Source of the DNA: Halogeometricum borinquense DSM 11551
GTDB lineage: Archaea; Halobacteriota; Halobacteria; Halobacteriales; Haloferacaceae
DNA: 32,000 nucleotides
Direction: 5' to 3'
Assembly: GCF_000172995.2 (NCBI RefSeq)
Contig: NC_014729.1
Coordinates: forward strand, 1,440,001 to 1,472,000
Both the position numbers and the translations under genes were made by a program. How positions within the stretch are numbered: the first letter of the stretch is position 1; every line of letters starts with the position of its first letter. Below the pieces are notes generated by a model. That model was not told the origin of the DNA, did not search any database, and saw only the letters and a list, made by a program, of their open reading frames with translations. Positions 1 through 8,805 of this stretch are shown one piece after another.

Positions 1-1
1 T

Positions 2-1306
2 GTCGGCGGACTCGTCAGCCTCGGATGGCCGGGATGGGCCGCGGGAGCGGCGAAAGTCGGGACGACGGCGCTCGGTTTGAGTGGTTCCGTCACGCTCGTT
101 GGCGTGTCTATTGCCGCGTGGAAACTCATCGCCGTCGGGCTGATGGTCCTCATCTGGCTCTCGTATCACGTGTCGTCCGTGATGTACAACGCCGTCGAGG
201 TGTTCCAGATCGGACTCCTGTTCGTCTCTATCGTCGCCGCCGTTCTGCTCCTCGGCGTTTCGGGGTCGTGGATCGAACTCGCAGACGTGCCGAACGCGGC
301 GGCGACAGTCGGGCGTCTGCCGCCGGGGATGGATATCGCGGTCTTCCTCGGCGGCCTCGCGTTTGCCGGGGCCGGCGGCTACCTCAACCTCTCGCAGAGT
401 CTCTGGGCGCGCGAGAAAGGCTACGGCATGGGCAACTACCAAGGGCGCGTAAAGAACCCGTTCCGCGGCGACGACCCCGAACCCATCGAACGCGACGGGT
501 TCACGTTTCCGCCGACGCGGACGAACCTGAAGCGCTGGCGCGGCTGGTGGCGCGTCGTCCAACTCGAACACCTGCTGACGTTCGTCTTCGGCCTGTTCTT
601 GGTCGCGCCCGCATTGATGAGCGTCGCCATCCACTACGCGCCGGGAACCACCGCCGACGCCCTGCAAATGTGGTTGACCGATGTCGCTCCGGTTCTCGGT
701 CCGCTCGGAACCGTCCTCGTATTTCTCGTCCTGTTCGTGGCCCTGTTTACCACCGAATATGCCATCGTCGAGTCGTTCGTCCGCAACAGCGTCGATGCCA
801 TTTACGAGGTGTACGGCCGCGAAGCTGGATGGGACCTTCAGACCCTCTTTTGGCGCGTTCTCACGGGCTTTTGTCTGTGGGGAATCGCTATCATCCTCCT
901 CTTTACGTCGCCGTTCGAGGGGCGCGAACCGTTCTTCTTCCTCGTCGTCGGCGCGGCGATGTCAGGTGTGATCATGTGGCCCTACACCGCGCTCGTTCTC
1001 GTGATGAACACGACGCGCCTGCCCGAACACCTCCAACCCGGGTGGACGCGCGTCGTCGCAATGTGGTGGGCATCTGGATTCTACGGCTATTTCAGTGTCC
1101 TGCTCGTCGGCAACACGCTCGTTGAACTCGGAGTCGGAGCGTTCGAGACCGCTCCGACAGTTTTCGGAAGCGGCATCGGTGGATACGCCCTCTGGGCGGT
1201 CTTCCTTATCATCCAGTCGTACGCAGTCGCCCGGTCTGCGACGGCGAAACACCGCGCTGACGGCACCGTCGCCGATGCCGAGTTAGCGAAGGGACGATTC
1301 CCCTGA
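2..1306 (+). CDS. Polytopic integral membrane protein, 5' end cut by the window edge (possibly an Nramp/APC-like transporter; family uncertain)
   Basis: The frame is open from nt 2 through the listed TTG at 77 to TGA 1304-1306. The translation is a series of hydrophobic helices (LIAVGLMVLIWLSY, LLFVSIVAAVLLLGVSG, VFLGGLAFAGAGGYLNLSQSLWAREKGYG, LVFLVLFVALFTTEY, FFFLVVGAAMSGVIMWPY). The overlapping 25..1125 ORF is an Arg-rich shadow. Confidence 0.7.
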   Translation, partial: VGGLVSLGWPGWAAGAAKVGTTALGLSGSVTLVGVSIAAWKLIAVGLMVLIWLSYHVSSVMYNAVEVFQIGLLFVSIVAAVLLLGVSGSWIELADVPNAAATVGRLPPGMDIAVFLGGLAFAGAGGYLNLSQSLWAREKGYGMGNYQGRVKNPFRGDDPEPIERDGFTFPPTRTNLKRWRGWWRVVQLEHLLTFVFGLFLVAPALMSVAIHYAPGTTADALQMWLTDVAPVLGPLGTVLVFLVLFVALFTTEYAIVESFVRNSVDAIYEVYGREAGWDLQTLFWRVLTGFCLWGIAIILLFTSPFEGREPFFFLVVGAAMSGVIMWPYTALVLVMNTTRLPEHLQPGWTRVVAMWWASGFYGYFSVLLVGNTLVELGVGAFETAPTVFGSGIGGYALWAVFLIIQSYAVARSATAKHRADGTVADAELAKGRFP

Positions 1307-1403
1307 GCGATCATCGGACGCTCCGTCTTCTCCGGACCGCCGCTGTCTGGTATTGATTGTTCCAACCCGAAAGCAAATGGTCTATTCACAGGTACGCCAC
1401 AGT

Positions 1404-1904
1404 ATGTCAACTGGCACGGTTGCGACGTTCGAAGCGTCTCTCGACCGCCTCGACGTGGACTGGACACACGCGTCGGCGGCCGAGTTCGAGACGGTCCTTC
1501 GGGACGTGTGTTCGGACCCGACCATCGGGGTTCCTCTCACACACGACGTGACACTCCCCGACTGGGTGAATACTGACCCGACACCCGACGACCTTCGCAC
1601 AGCGGCGACGGGTGTCACGGAAGCGGGTCTGGGAATCGCCGACTACGGTAGTGTCGTCTTGCAGGGGACGCCGGACGGCATCGAACCTGTTAGCCTGTTC
1701 AGTGACCGCCACGTAGCGGTCCTTCGGAAGTCGGACATTGCGCCCGGAATGGGTGCGGCGTTCGAGTGGTTGGGCGAGACGTTTCGGACGGGCCATTCCT
1801 CGGCGATCATCGCAACCGGTCCCAGTGCGACCGCCGACATGGGCGCGCTCGTGAAGGGTGCCCACGGTCCCAAAGCGGTTCACGTGGTGATTCTCGATGA
1901 GTGA
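1404..1904 (+). CDS. lutC: LUD-domain protein, LutC/YkgG-like lactate utilisation protein C
   Basis: LUD-type sequence (GIADYGSVVLQ, SAIIATGPSATADMGALVKGAHGP). The stop overlaps the next gene's start by 8 nt (ATGAGTGA at 1897-1904). I chose ATG 1404 (MSTGTVATFE); in-frame alternatives are ATG 1377 and TTG 1353. Confidence 0.75.
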   Translation: MSTGTVATFEASLDRLDVDWTHASAAEFETVLRDVCSDPTIGVPLTHDVTLPDWVNTDPTPDDLRTAATGVTEAGLGIADYGSVVLQGTPDGIEPVSLFSDRHVAVLRKSDIAPGMGAAFEWLGETFRTGHSSAIIATGPSATADMGALVKGAHGPKAVHVVILDE

Positions 1905-4116
1905 GTCCCGCAAGGCGAAGGCGGCGAAGATTCGCCATCTGATGGAGACTGAAGGCGACGCCATCAACACGAGTACGTCCGGGTTCAACCGCGGCCGCTA
2001 CGAATCGGTCCAGACGCTCGACGACTACGAGGGCCTGAAATCCGAGGCGCGGAACATCAAAGAAGACGCCATCGAACGCCTGCCAGAACTGATCGACCAA
2101 CTCCGCGAGACGGTCGAAGCCAACGGCGGCACGCTCTACCTCGCTGACGACGCCGCCGATGCCAACCGCTACGTCCGCGAGGTGTGCGAAGAGAAAGAGG
2201 CCGACCGCGTGGTCAAATCGAAGTCGATGACGTCCGAGGAAATCGAGGTCAACGAGGAACTCGAAGGCGCGGGAATGGACGTGGTCGAGACGGACCTCGG
2301 CGAGTGGGTGTTGCAGGTCGCAGACGAGTCGCCCTCGCACATCGTCGCCCCGGCCATCCACAAATCGCGCGAGGCTATCGCCGACCTGTTCAACGAACGG
2401 TTCGACCCCGAGGAACCGCTGGAGACGGCCGAGGAACTCACGATGTTCGCCCGTGAACAACTGGGTGCTCTCATCGAGGATGCGGACGTGGGGATGACGG
2501 GAGCGAACTTCATCACCGCCGATACCGGGACTATCGCACTCGTCACGAGCGAAGGCAACGCCCGGAAATCGGCCGTCGTGCCCGACACGCATGTCGCCGT
2601 TGCGGGCGTCGAGAAGGTGATTCCGACCGTCGAAGACCTACATCCCTTTGTCGAACTCATCGGTAAATCCGGAACCGGGCAGGACATTACGTCCTACATC
2701 TCGCTTCTCACCCCGCCGGTCGAGTCACCGACCGTCGAATTTGACGACCCCGACACGCCGCTCTCGGAGACCGAGACAGACCGCGATTTCCACCTCGTCC
2801 TCATCGACAACGGCCGGATGGAGATGCGCGAGGACGACCAGTTACGCGAGACGCTGTACTGTATCCGATGTTCGGCGTGTTCGAACTCCTGTGCGAACTT
2901 CCAGCACGTCGGCGGCCACGCTTTCGGCGGCGAGACGTACTCCGGCGGCATCGGCACCGGATGGGAGGCAGGCGTCGAAGGACTCGACACTGCCGCGGAG
3001 TTCAACGACCTCTGTACCGGGTGTAGTCGCTGTGTGAACGCCTGTCCGGTCGAGATAGACATCCCGTGGATAAACACCGTCGTCCGCGACCGAATCAACC
3101 GTGGTGAGGACGGCGAACTCGACTGGTTGGTCGAAGGACTGACGCCCGACGAAGAACCGGGCGGCGTAGACCTGCAAAAACGTTTCTTCGGCAACTTCGA
3201 GACAGCGGCCAAATTCGGAAGCGCATTCGCTCCGCTCTCGAACTGGGTCGCCGACACCGGCGTCGCACGCACCCTTTTGGAGAAAACTATCGGCGTCGAT
3301 AGTCGTCGGGAACTCCCCGAGTTCCAGCGAGAGACGCTCTGTGACTGGTTCGAGTCGCGCGATTCGGCTGTCGCATCCGGGGGAGACAAGCCGTCGCGGC
3401 GAGTGGTTCTCTATCCCGACGTGTACACGAACCACGTGCAGATCGAACGCGGCAAGGCGGCGGTGCGTGCGCTCGAAGCGCTCGGCGTCGAGGTGGTCGT
3501 CCCCGACGTAGCGTCGTCCGGCCGCGCACCGCTATCTCAGGGAATGATTTCGACCGCCGAAAGTCACGCGAGACGACTGTTCTCGGATCTCTCGCCGTAT
3601 CTCGACGAGGGCTACGATATCGTCGTTATCGAGCCATCCGATCTTGCGATGTTCGACCGCGAGTACGAGAAGTTCCTCGCTCCCGAGTCACAGCGCCGAC
3701 TCTCGGAGAACGCCTACGAGGTGATGGAGTACGTGTTCGGTCTCTTGGAGAACGATGCCGACGCCGACGCGCTCACCGGCCCGCAGTCCGGTGGAAAAAG
3801 CGGTGTCGCCTACCATAGCCACTGCCAGCAACGGACGCTCGGACTAGCGGGATACACAGAGTCCGTGCTCGAACGTCTCGGCTACGATGTGGTGACGTCC
3901 GACGTGGAGTGTTGTGGGATGGCCGGATCGTTCGGCTACAAAACGGAGTATTACGACCTGAGCGTGGATGTCGGCGACGAACTCCGCAGCCAGTTCCAGA
4001 CTCCAGAGACGCGAGACCGTACCGTCGTCGCCTCTGGAACGTCCTGTTTGGAGCAACTCGATTCGTTACTGACGCGCCCGAGTAAGCATCCGGTGCAACT
4101 AGTGGCTCCCAAATAA
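1897..4116 (+). CDS. Fused LutB-like (LUD + 2x[4Fe-4S]) and LutA/GlpC-like (CCG cysteine-rich) iron-sulfur oxidoreductase
   Basis: 739 aa. The N-terminal part is LUD/LutB-like (TGANFITADTGTIALVTSEGNARK). It has two ferredoxin-type clusters (CIRCSACSNSC and CTGCSRCVNACP). The C-terminal Cys-rich CCG-type segments (HSHCQQ, DVECCGMAGSFG, SGTSCLEQ) are typical of LutA/GlpC. Confidence 0.85.
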   Translation: MSESRKAKAAKIRHLMETEGDAINTSTSGFNRGRYESVQTLDDYEGLKSEARNIKEDAIERLPELIDQLRETVEANGGTLYLADDAADANRYVREVCEEKEADRVVKSKSMTSEEIEVNEELEGAGMDVVETDLGEWVLQVADESPSHIVAPAIHKSREAIADLFNERFDPEEPLETAEELTMFAREQLGALIEDADVGMTGANFITADTGTIALVTSEGNARKSAVVPDTHVAVAGVEKVIPTVEDLHPFVELIGKSGTGQDITSYISLLTPPVESPTVEFDDPDTPLSETETDRDFHLVLIDNGRMEMREDDQLRETLYCIRCSACSNSCANFQHVGGHAFGGETYSGGIGTGWEAGVEGLDTAAEFNDLCTGCSRCVNACPVEIDIPWINTVVRDRINRGEDGELDWLVEGLTPDEEPGGVDLQKRFFGNFETAAKFGSAFAPLSNWVADTGVARTLLEKTIGVDSRRELPEFQRETLCDWFESRDSAVASGGDKPSRRVVLYPDVYTNHVQIERGKAAVRALEALGVEVVVPDVASSGRAPLSQGMISTAESHARRLFSDLSPYLDEGYDIVVIEPSDLAMFDREYEKFLAPESQRRLSENAYEVMEYVFGLLENDADADALTGPQSGGKSGVAYHSHCQQRTLGLAGYTESVLERLGYDVVTSDVECCGMAGSFGYKTEYYDLSVDVGDELRSQFQTPETRDRTVVASGTSCLEQLDSLLTRPSKHPVQLVAPK

Positions 4117-4230
4117 TTCACCGATACTGACAGATCGTCTGACGCTCGTCAGCCGTCTTCGCGCCCGTTGGACGGTTCTGACGCACCGAGGCTACGAACA
4201 ATTAAGGCGGATGCCTTCAAGAGTCTGCAC

Positions 4231-4527
4231 ATGGAAGGGACTCCCGAAGAGTTGACGACACTCGTCGGGCGCGAGGTCTACTCGAACAACGGCGTATTCG
4301 TCGGGGAGGTTGACGACATTCGACTCGACCTCAACCGGCAGGCCGTCACCGGACTCGCGCTTAGCAGACTCAACGACGAACTGTTTCAGAGCCGTGTCGA
4401 ACCGGGTAAAGGCGTACTTATTCCGTACCGGTGGGTTCGCGCCGTCGGCGACGTTATCCTCATCAACGACGTAGTCGAACGGCTGAAACGACCTGACGAA
4501 GAAGAAGAATCGACGCTCGTCGCCTGA
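4231..4527 (+). CDS. PRC-barrel domain protein
   Basis: LVGREVYSNNGVFVGEVDDIRLDLNRQAVTGLAL ... IPYRWVRAVGDVILI matches the PRC-barrel pattern, followed by an acidic tail. ATG 4231 lies about 30 nt downstream of the TATA-like CAATTAAGG. The track ORF starts at an upstream TTG (4168). Confidence 0.7.
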   Translation: MEGTPEELTTLVGREVYSNNGVFVGEVDDIRLDLNRQAVTGLALSRLNDELFQSRVEPGKGVLIPYRWVRAVGDVILINDVVERLKRPDEEEESTLVA

Positions 4528-4581
4528 CGCACTCTGTTCCTGTTGCGTCCTCCACCGCATCCGTTGATTTCGGTTCTCGCG

Positions 4582-6006
4582 TTAGCTTCCGTTTCCGCTC
4601 TCGCTTTCGACGCCCATCGCCGCGAATAGTTTTCGGCGGACTGCTTCTTCGGTGAGTTGCAAGAGCGTGTCGCGGTTGTCGTCCGATGTCTCGATACCGG
4701 TGAAGATGCCGAGCGGAATCTCTACGTCGCCTTGCGTGGAGTGGCCGCCCGCTTCGCCGATACCCTCGAAGGCGTCCTGCAGGACGTTCCCGATATTCAT
4801 CCGGATATCCTTCGACCGAGCCGAGAGGTAGATGTTGTCGTCAACGATACCGAAGACGGCGGTCGTCGTCACGCCTTCGAGATTGAGGAGATGTTGGGCT
4901 GCCTGCCCGAGGGCGTCTCTGTCACGGATGAACCCGGCGTTCGAGACGAGATGACTCCCCTGTACGTCGCGGTTCTGGATGGCTTCTGCGAGTACGTCTA
5001 ACGTCTCGGGCGACATCGACGGCGACTCTACCTGTTCGAGCGTGTCGTGATCTGCGAACGGGTAGAGATACGCTGCGGCGGTCAAGTCTGCTGGCGTCGT
5101 CTCGCGTTTGAAGTCAAGCGTCTCCGCGCGGATTCCGTACAGCAGGGCCGTGGCGACGGCCTCGCTGGGGCTGATGTTGAACTCTTGGATGTACTTCGTG
5201 AGGATAGTCGAGGTTGAGGAGACGTTCGGCCGAACGTCGATAAACACCGGATCGATGCCCTCGCCCGGCTCGAAGTGGTCGATGAAAATGTCCACGTCGG
5301 TGCCGATGTCGGGTTCGACCGACTTCATGTGGTCAACCAACGCGACCGACCCGTATTCGCGCAGGTCCGGCGCTTCGGCCAGCGGCGTGAGGTCGATGCC
5401 GAGAAGGTTGACGAACGCGCGGTTCTCCTGATGGCCCATCTCGCCGTCGTAGAGAATGTCTGCCTCGACGTCGTACTCCGCGGCGATGGCCTGTAAGGCG
5501 GCCGCGCTGGCGATGGAGTCGGGGTCGGGGTTGTCGTGCGTTAGAATGGCAAGCTTCCCCTCGGTCGATTCGAGGAGGTCGGCCAGTTGGCGCGCTTTGT
5601 ATTCGAGTTCGCCGGACTCCAGGGAGCGAAGTGCGGAGTCAGCGATAACTTCCGAGGGGTTAATAACGACGTCAGCGCCGAGTTCAGCGAGTTCGTCCTC
5701 TGAAACTGGGTCGGAGGCTCGAACGACGATGAACTGGTCGCTGTTTCGTTCGCGGATGGCGGAGACGGCCGCCTTGTTCGCCTCGACGTCGGATGCGAGG
5801 ATGAGGACTACGTCGCGCTCGGCAACGGCCTCGGAGACTTCGGGGTCCGAGATATCGGTCGTTTGCGCGTTCAAGTCTTGGTCGCGGAGGGCTTCGACTC
5901 GGCTCTCGTCTTTATCGAGGATAAGGACATCTTTCCCTTCCTCGGTGAGTTCCTCGGCCACCGCATGTCCCACGCTCCCACAGCCAAGAATTGCATAGGT
6001 GGACAT
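4582..6006 (-). CDS. TrkA-N (RCK_N, NAD-binding) domain fused to a DHH/DHHA1 phosphoesterase
   Basis: An N-terminal Rossmann GxGxxG (YAILGCGSVGHAV) is followed by DHH motif I (THDNPDPDSIASA), a motif II-like ALVDH, a motif III-like FIDHF and a DHHA1 GGH motif (GEAGGHSTQG). I chose ATG 6006 (MSTYAILG...); the track ORF starts 27 nt further upstream at 6033. Confidence 0.8.
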   Translation of the reverse strand: MSTYAILGCGSVGHAVAEELTEEGKDVLILDKDESRVEALRDQDLNAQTTDISDPEVSEAVAERDVVLILASDVEANKAAVSAIRERNSDQFIVVRASDPVSEDELAELGADVVINPSEVIADSALRSLESGELEYKARQLADLLESTEGKLAILTHDNPDPDSIASAAALQAIAAEYDVEADILYDGEMGHQENRAFVNLLGIDLTPLAEAPDLREYGSVALVDHMKSVEPDIGTDVDIFIDHFEPGEGIDPVFIDVRPNVSSTSTILTKYIQEFNISPSEAVATALLYGIRAETLDFKRETTPADLTAAAYLYPFADHDTLEQVESPSMSPETLDVLAEAIQNRDVQGSHLVSNAGFIRDRDALGQAAQHLLNLEGVTTTAVFGIVDDNIYLSARSKDIRMNIGNVLQDAFEGIGEAGGHSTQGDVEIPLGIFTGIETSDDNRDTLLQLTEEAVRRKLFAAMGVESESGNGS

Positions 6007-6182
6007 CGAGGATATCGTGACCCCAGCACTCATACTATCCTCACGTCTGGTCGGACGACACTTAACAGCACTCGTTTCCGAGAGTCTGCGAGACTAACGT
6101 ATCACGGTGTCACGATCCGGCTCAATCGGGTGCAACTTGCTCCCGTGTGTTGGTTTACCACCTACGGGGTTAAACGAAACAT

Positions 6183-6191
6183 CTTTACTTA
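6183..6191 (+). promoter_or_regulatory. TATA-like box upstream of tRNA-Lys
   Basis: CTTTACTTA is centred about 29 nt upstream of tRNA position 1. The same spacing is seen at tRNA-Leu and at several leaderless CDSs in this window. Confidence 0.4.
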
Positions 6192-6215
6192 CCCCGCAGA
6201 AACGAGAAATCGTAC

Positions 6216-6289
6216 GGGCCGGTAGCTCAGTTAGGGAGAGCGTCTGACTCTTAATCAGACGGTCAAGGGTTCAAATCCCTTCCGGCCCG
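6216..6289 (+). tRNA. tRNA-Lys (anticodon CUU)
   Basis: Hand-folded cloverleaf. The acceptor GGGCCGG pairs with CCGGCCC. D arm: GCTC/GAGC with the GG loop. Anticodon stem: TCTGA/TCAGA with loop CTCTTAA (CUU at positions 34-36). T arm: AAGGG-TTCAAAT-CCCTT. Discriminator G. No encoded CCA and no intron. Confidence 0.93.
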
Positions 6290-6420
6290 CTTCCTACGGA
6301 ATGACCAGGAAATGGTCAAGTGAGCGGTAGCGCTACCGACCACACCACGTTTCCGGTGAAATCTGTTTCAATACGCTCTAATATCCACGAATTCGGCAGA
6401 TCTGGTTGTCGGCTTTACCG

Positions 6421-6777
6421 TCAGACTTCGACGTGTTCGGTGGACTCGCGGTGTTCTGTCTCGGAACCGCGGCGCTGGCGTAGTTCGTCGTCGTGCGCTG
6501 CTGCATTCGCCATCGCTTCGGTGGTCACACCGACGAGTTCCGTCACGCGCCATGCGTTCCCGCGTGCCCCCACTGACTCCATCTGCAACGGGACGGTCGC
6601 ACCTGCCGGAAGTTCTGTCAACGTCTTTTCGACCGTCTCGTCCGCGAATTCGACAAGGTGACGCACCTCACACGACGCTTCGATGCGTACCGTCATCGCT
6701 CCGTGGTCGTTCATCGGCCACTCGATGCGAGCGATGATTGTCTCCGTGTGGGATGGGTTGGTGGTATGATACCACAT
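6421..6777 (-). CDS. Hypothetical protein (118 aa, orphan)
   Basis: Codon third positions are G/C-rich and the composition is acidic. A TATA-like TTTAATA (forward 6801-6807) is centred about 27 nt upstream of the ATG. I recognise no family motif. Confidence 0.55.
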   Translation of the reverse strand: MWYHTTNPSHTETIIARIEWPMNDHGAMTVRIEASCEVRHLVEFADETVEKTLTELPAGATVPLQMESVGARGNAWRVTELVGVTTEAMANAAAHDDELRQRRGSETEHRESTEHVEV

Positions 6778-6912
6778 GCCAGTTTACACTGACTACACTG
6801 TATTAAACTCTCGTTTGCAGAATATGAGTTTATTATCAAAGTATGAGACTCTGCTAGATACGTGAAGAAATCCACCGACTCAATAGACGTTCGTCTAGTT
6901 TTGCCGCCGAGA

Positions 6913-7398
6913 CTAGTCGTCGAGTAATTCGTCCAGTAGGGTCTCTAACTCGTAGTTCTGCAAGACGCGTGCGCTGTCTCGGAGTGACGAGATGACGAAC
7001 GTGGAGTTCGTCCGGTCAACCTCGTCTATCGTCTCGAAGTCGGTGATGAGTCGTTCGACCATCTCCCGCCCCGAAAGGTGAGCGACGACGATGAAATCCG
7101 TTTCACCCATCGTGAAGTACGCCTGTGTGACGCCCTCTACATCGAGAATCTTCTCTTTGAAATCGTGGTGGGAGCCACTGTAGTCAGTGAGTATCTCCAC
7201 GACGACGGTGACGCCGAGTCCGACCTTTTCCAAATCGATGTCGTACAGGTCGTTCTTGATGACGCCCGCCTCGCGCAGATTGTTCAACCGATAGTGAATC
7301 GTTGAGACAGGAATACCGGTCTCTTCGTGCAGTTGTTCCGGGCTTCCCGTTTCGAGGTCAGATATCGCCTTCAGGAGGCGGATGTCGCGTTCGTCCAT
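6913..7398 (-). CDS. Lrp/AsnC family transcriptional regulator
   Basis: The N-terminal HTH (RDIRLLKAISDLETGSPEQLHEETGIPVSTIHYRLNNLREAGVI) is followed by a RAM/AsnC C-terminal domain (VTVVVEILTDY..., TQAYFTMGETDFIVVAHL). Confidence 0.9.
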   Translation of the reverse strand: MDERDIRLLKAISDLETGSPEQLHEETGIPVSTIHYRLNNLREAGVIKNDLYDIDLEKVGLGVTVVVEILTDYSGSHHDFKEKILDVEGVTQAYFTMGETDFIVVAHLSGREMVERLITDFETIDEVDRTNSTFVISSLRDSARVLQNYELETLLDELLDD

Positions 7399-7608
7399 GG
7401 CCGCGGTGTCTGTGAATACACGCCTTAGGGGTTGTATGTTCCGCCTCGTTTCTTAGGGTTCCCTGTCTTGTTTCAGCTTGACAGTGGGGTTACTCTGCAA
7501 ACAATTCGTATATTTCCCGATCTATAATGCGTCAATATGCCTCTATTTTGTATTCTAATCGAAGTTCTAGCGGACTCTTGTAGACAACTTTAACACAGGC
7601 CACCTCTG

Positions 7609-8583
7609 ATGAGGAGTACATCCATGTCGATTCGCACACGCTCTGACACGTCCAACTGGAACGCCCTCCTGTTCATCGCACTCTCGTGCTTCTGGGGGAC
7701 ATCGTTCGTCGCCATCGAGGCAGGCTTGGAATACTTCCCACCTCTGCTGTTCGCGGGGATTCGCTACGGGATTGCCGGACTCGCTATCCTCAGCTACGCT
7801 GTCGCCACGACCGACCGGTGGCACCCAAGCGGGAGAGACGAGTGGCTGAGTGCCGCCGTTGCTGGCGTGTTCATCATCGCCGCCTACCATGCGCTCCTCT
7901 ACATCGGTGAGATGTACGTCTCTGCGTCCGTTGCCGCCGTCGTCGTCAGCCTCGCGCCGGTGCTGACCGCCGTCTTTGCCGCCGGAATTCTCGGCCAGCC
8001 ACTCGATAAGATCGCTGGCGTTGGCTTCCTCCTCGGCATCGTCGGCGTCGTTATCGTCGCCAACCCGGACCCAGCTAACCTCCTCTCGACGAACCTCCTC
8101 GGCATCGTGCTCGTCCTTCTCAGTACGGCAAGTTTCGCCATCGGAGGCGTCCTCACCGAACCGCTTCGGACGTCGCTTCCGGCCGAGTCGATGCAGGCGT
8201 GGGCGATGCTCATCGGTGCCGGTGTCCTCTTCGTCGGTGCCGTCGCGCGCGGTGAGTCCCCTGCCACCATCGAGTGGACATCGACTGCCATCATCTCGCT
8301 CATGTACTTGACGTTCGTCTCCGGTGTCGTCGGCTTCCTCATCTACTTCGCGCTCCACGAACGCGTCGGCGCGACGGAGATCAACCTCGTCAGCTATCTC
8401 GAACCCGTTGTTGCCTCTCTCGCTGGTTGGGTCCTCCTCGGCCACGTCGTGAGTTCGACCACGCTCGTCGGCTTCGTCACTGTCTTCATCGGATTCGCTC
8501 TCGTCAAGCGCCACGCGATTCGCGCTCGCATCCTTGGTGACGTTCCCACCACGGCCACGGGTCACAGCTACGACGCCGACTGA
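7609..8583 (+). CDS. EamA/DMT-superfamily transporter
   Basis: Ten hydrophobic helices in a 5+5 arrangement (LLFIALSCFWGTSFVAIEAGL, LLFAGIRYGIAGLAIL, ... TLVGFVTVFIGFALV). ATG 7624 is an alternative start. The antisense 384-aa ORF is a shadow. Confidence 0.88.
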   Translation: MRSTSMSIRTRSDTSNWNALLFIALSCFWGTSFVAIEAGLEYFPPLLFAGIRYGIAGLAILSYAVATTDRWHPSGRDEWLSAAVAGVFIIAAYHALLYIGEMYVSASVAAVVVSLAPVLTAVFAAGILGQPLDKIAGVGFLLGIVGVVIVANPDPANLLSTNLLGIVLVLLSTASFAIGGVLTEPLRTSLPAESMQAWAMLIGAGVLFVGAVARGESPATIEWTSTAIISLMYLTFVSGVVGFLIYFALHERVGATEINLVSYLEPVVASLAGWVLLGHVVSSTTLVGFVTVFIGFALVKRHAIRARILGDVPTTATGHSYDAD

Positions 8584-8772
8584 TACGGCCGACGTATTAC
8601 GAATCGGGACAGAATACAGTTCTACGTCGGTGGCGCGGCCGCTATTACGGGCGTTCTCACTTTCCTTGCCATCCTCACGTACGACTTCGGCCCGAGCGCA
8701 CTCACCGAGTGGTGAGTTCAAACTATGTCGTTAGTGTGTCACGAAGGGGCTATTGAGCGCAACCGACCAATC

Positions 8773-8780
8773 AATATTTA
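8773..8780 (+). promoter_or_regulatory. TATA-like box for the 8806 CDS
   Basis: AATATTTA is centred about 30 nt upstream of ATG 8806. This is why I prefer the internal start over ATG 8725. Confidence 0.35.
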
Positions 8781-8805
8781 CCGTGTGCGTCTCCTCATTC
8801 GGTCG

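Noticed and set aside
25-1125. 366-aa Arg-rich ORF at the left edge
   Set aside because: The composition (about one third Arg, with Pro and Gly runs) is non-protein-like. The alternative frame encodes a coherent membrane protein.
6290-7608. Possible integrated element next to tRNA-Lys (orphan gene, Lrp regulator, A/T-rich spacers)
   Set aside because: I found no second copy of the tRNA-Lys 3' end in the window and no integrase. The A/T-rich stretches are explained as promoter regions, so the evidence is insufficient.
7598-7643. C/D-box sRNA-like pattern (TGATGA ... CTGA about 40 nt apart), considered because nop5 and fibrillarin are in the window
   Set aside because: There is no terminal stem and no internal C'/D' boxes, and the C box lacks the 5' purine. 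It also overlaps the eamA start region. A similar ATGATGA...CTGA near 10866-10900 lies inside a CDS.
7567-8721. 384-aa ORF on the minus strand, rich in Asp/Glu/Arg, which could pass for an acidic halophilic protein
   Set aside because: It lies entirely antisense to a convincing 10-TM EamA transporter. It has a low-complexity charged composition and lower GC3 than the plus-strand frame. This is a typical shadow ORF of a GC-rich genome.
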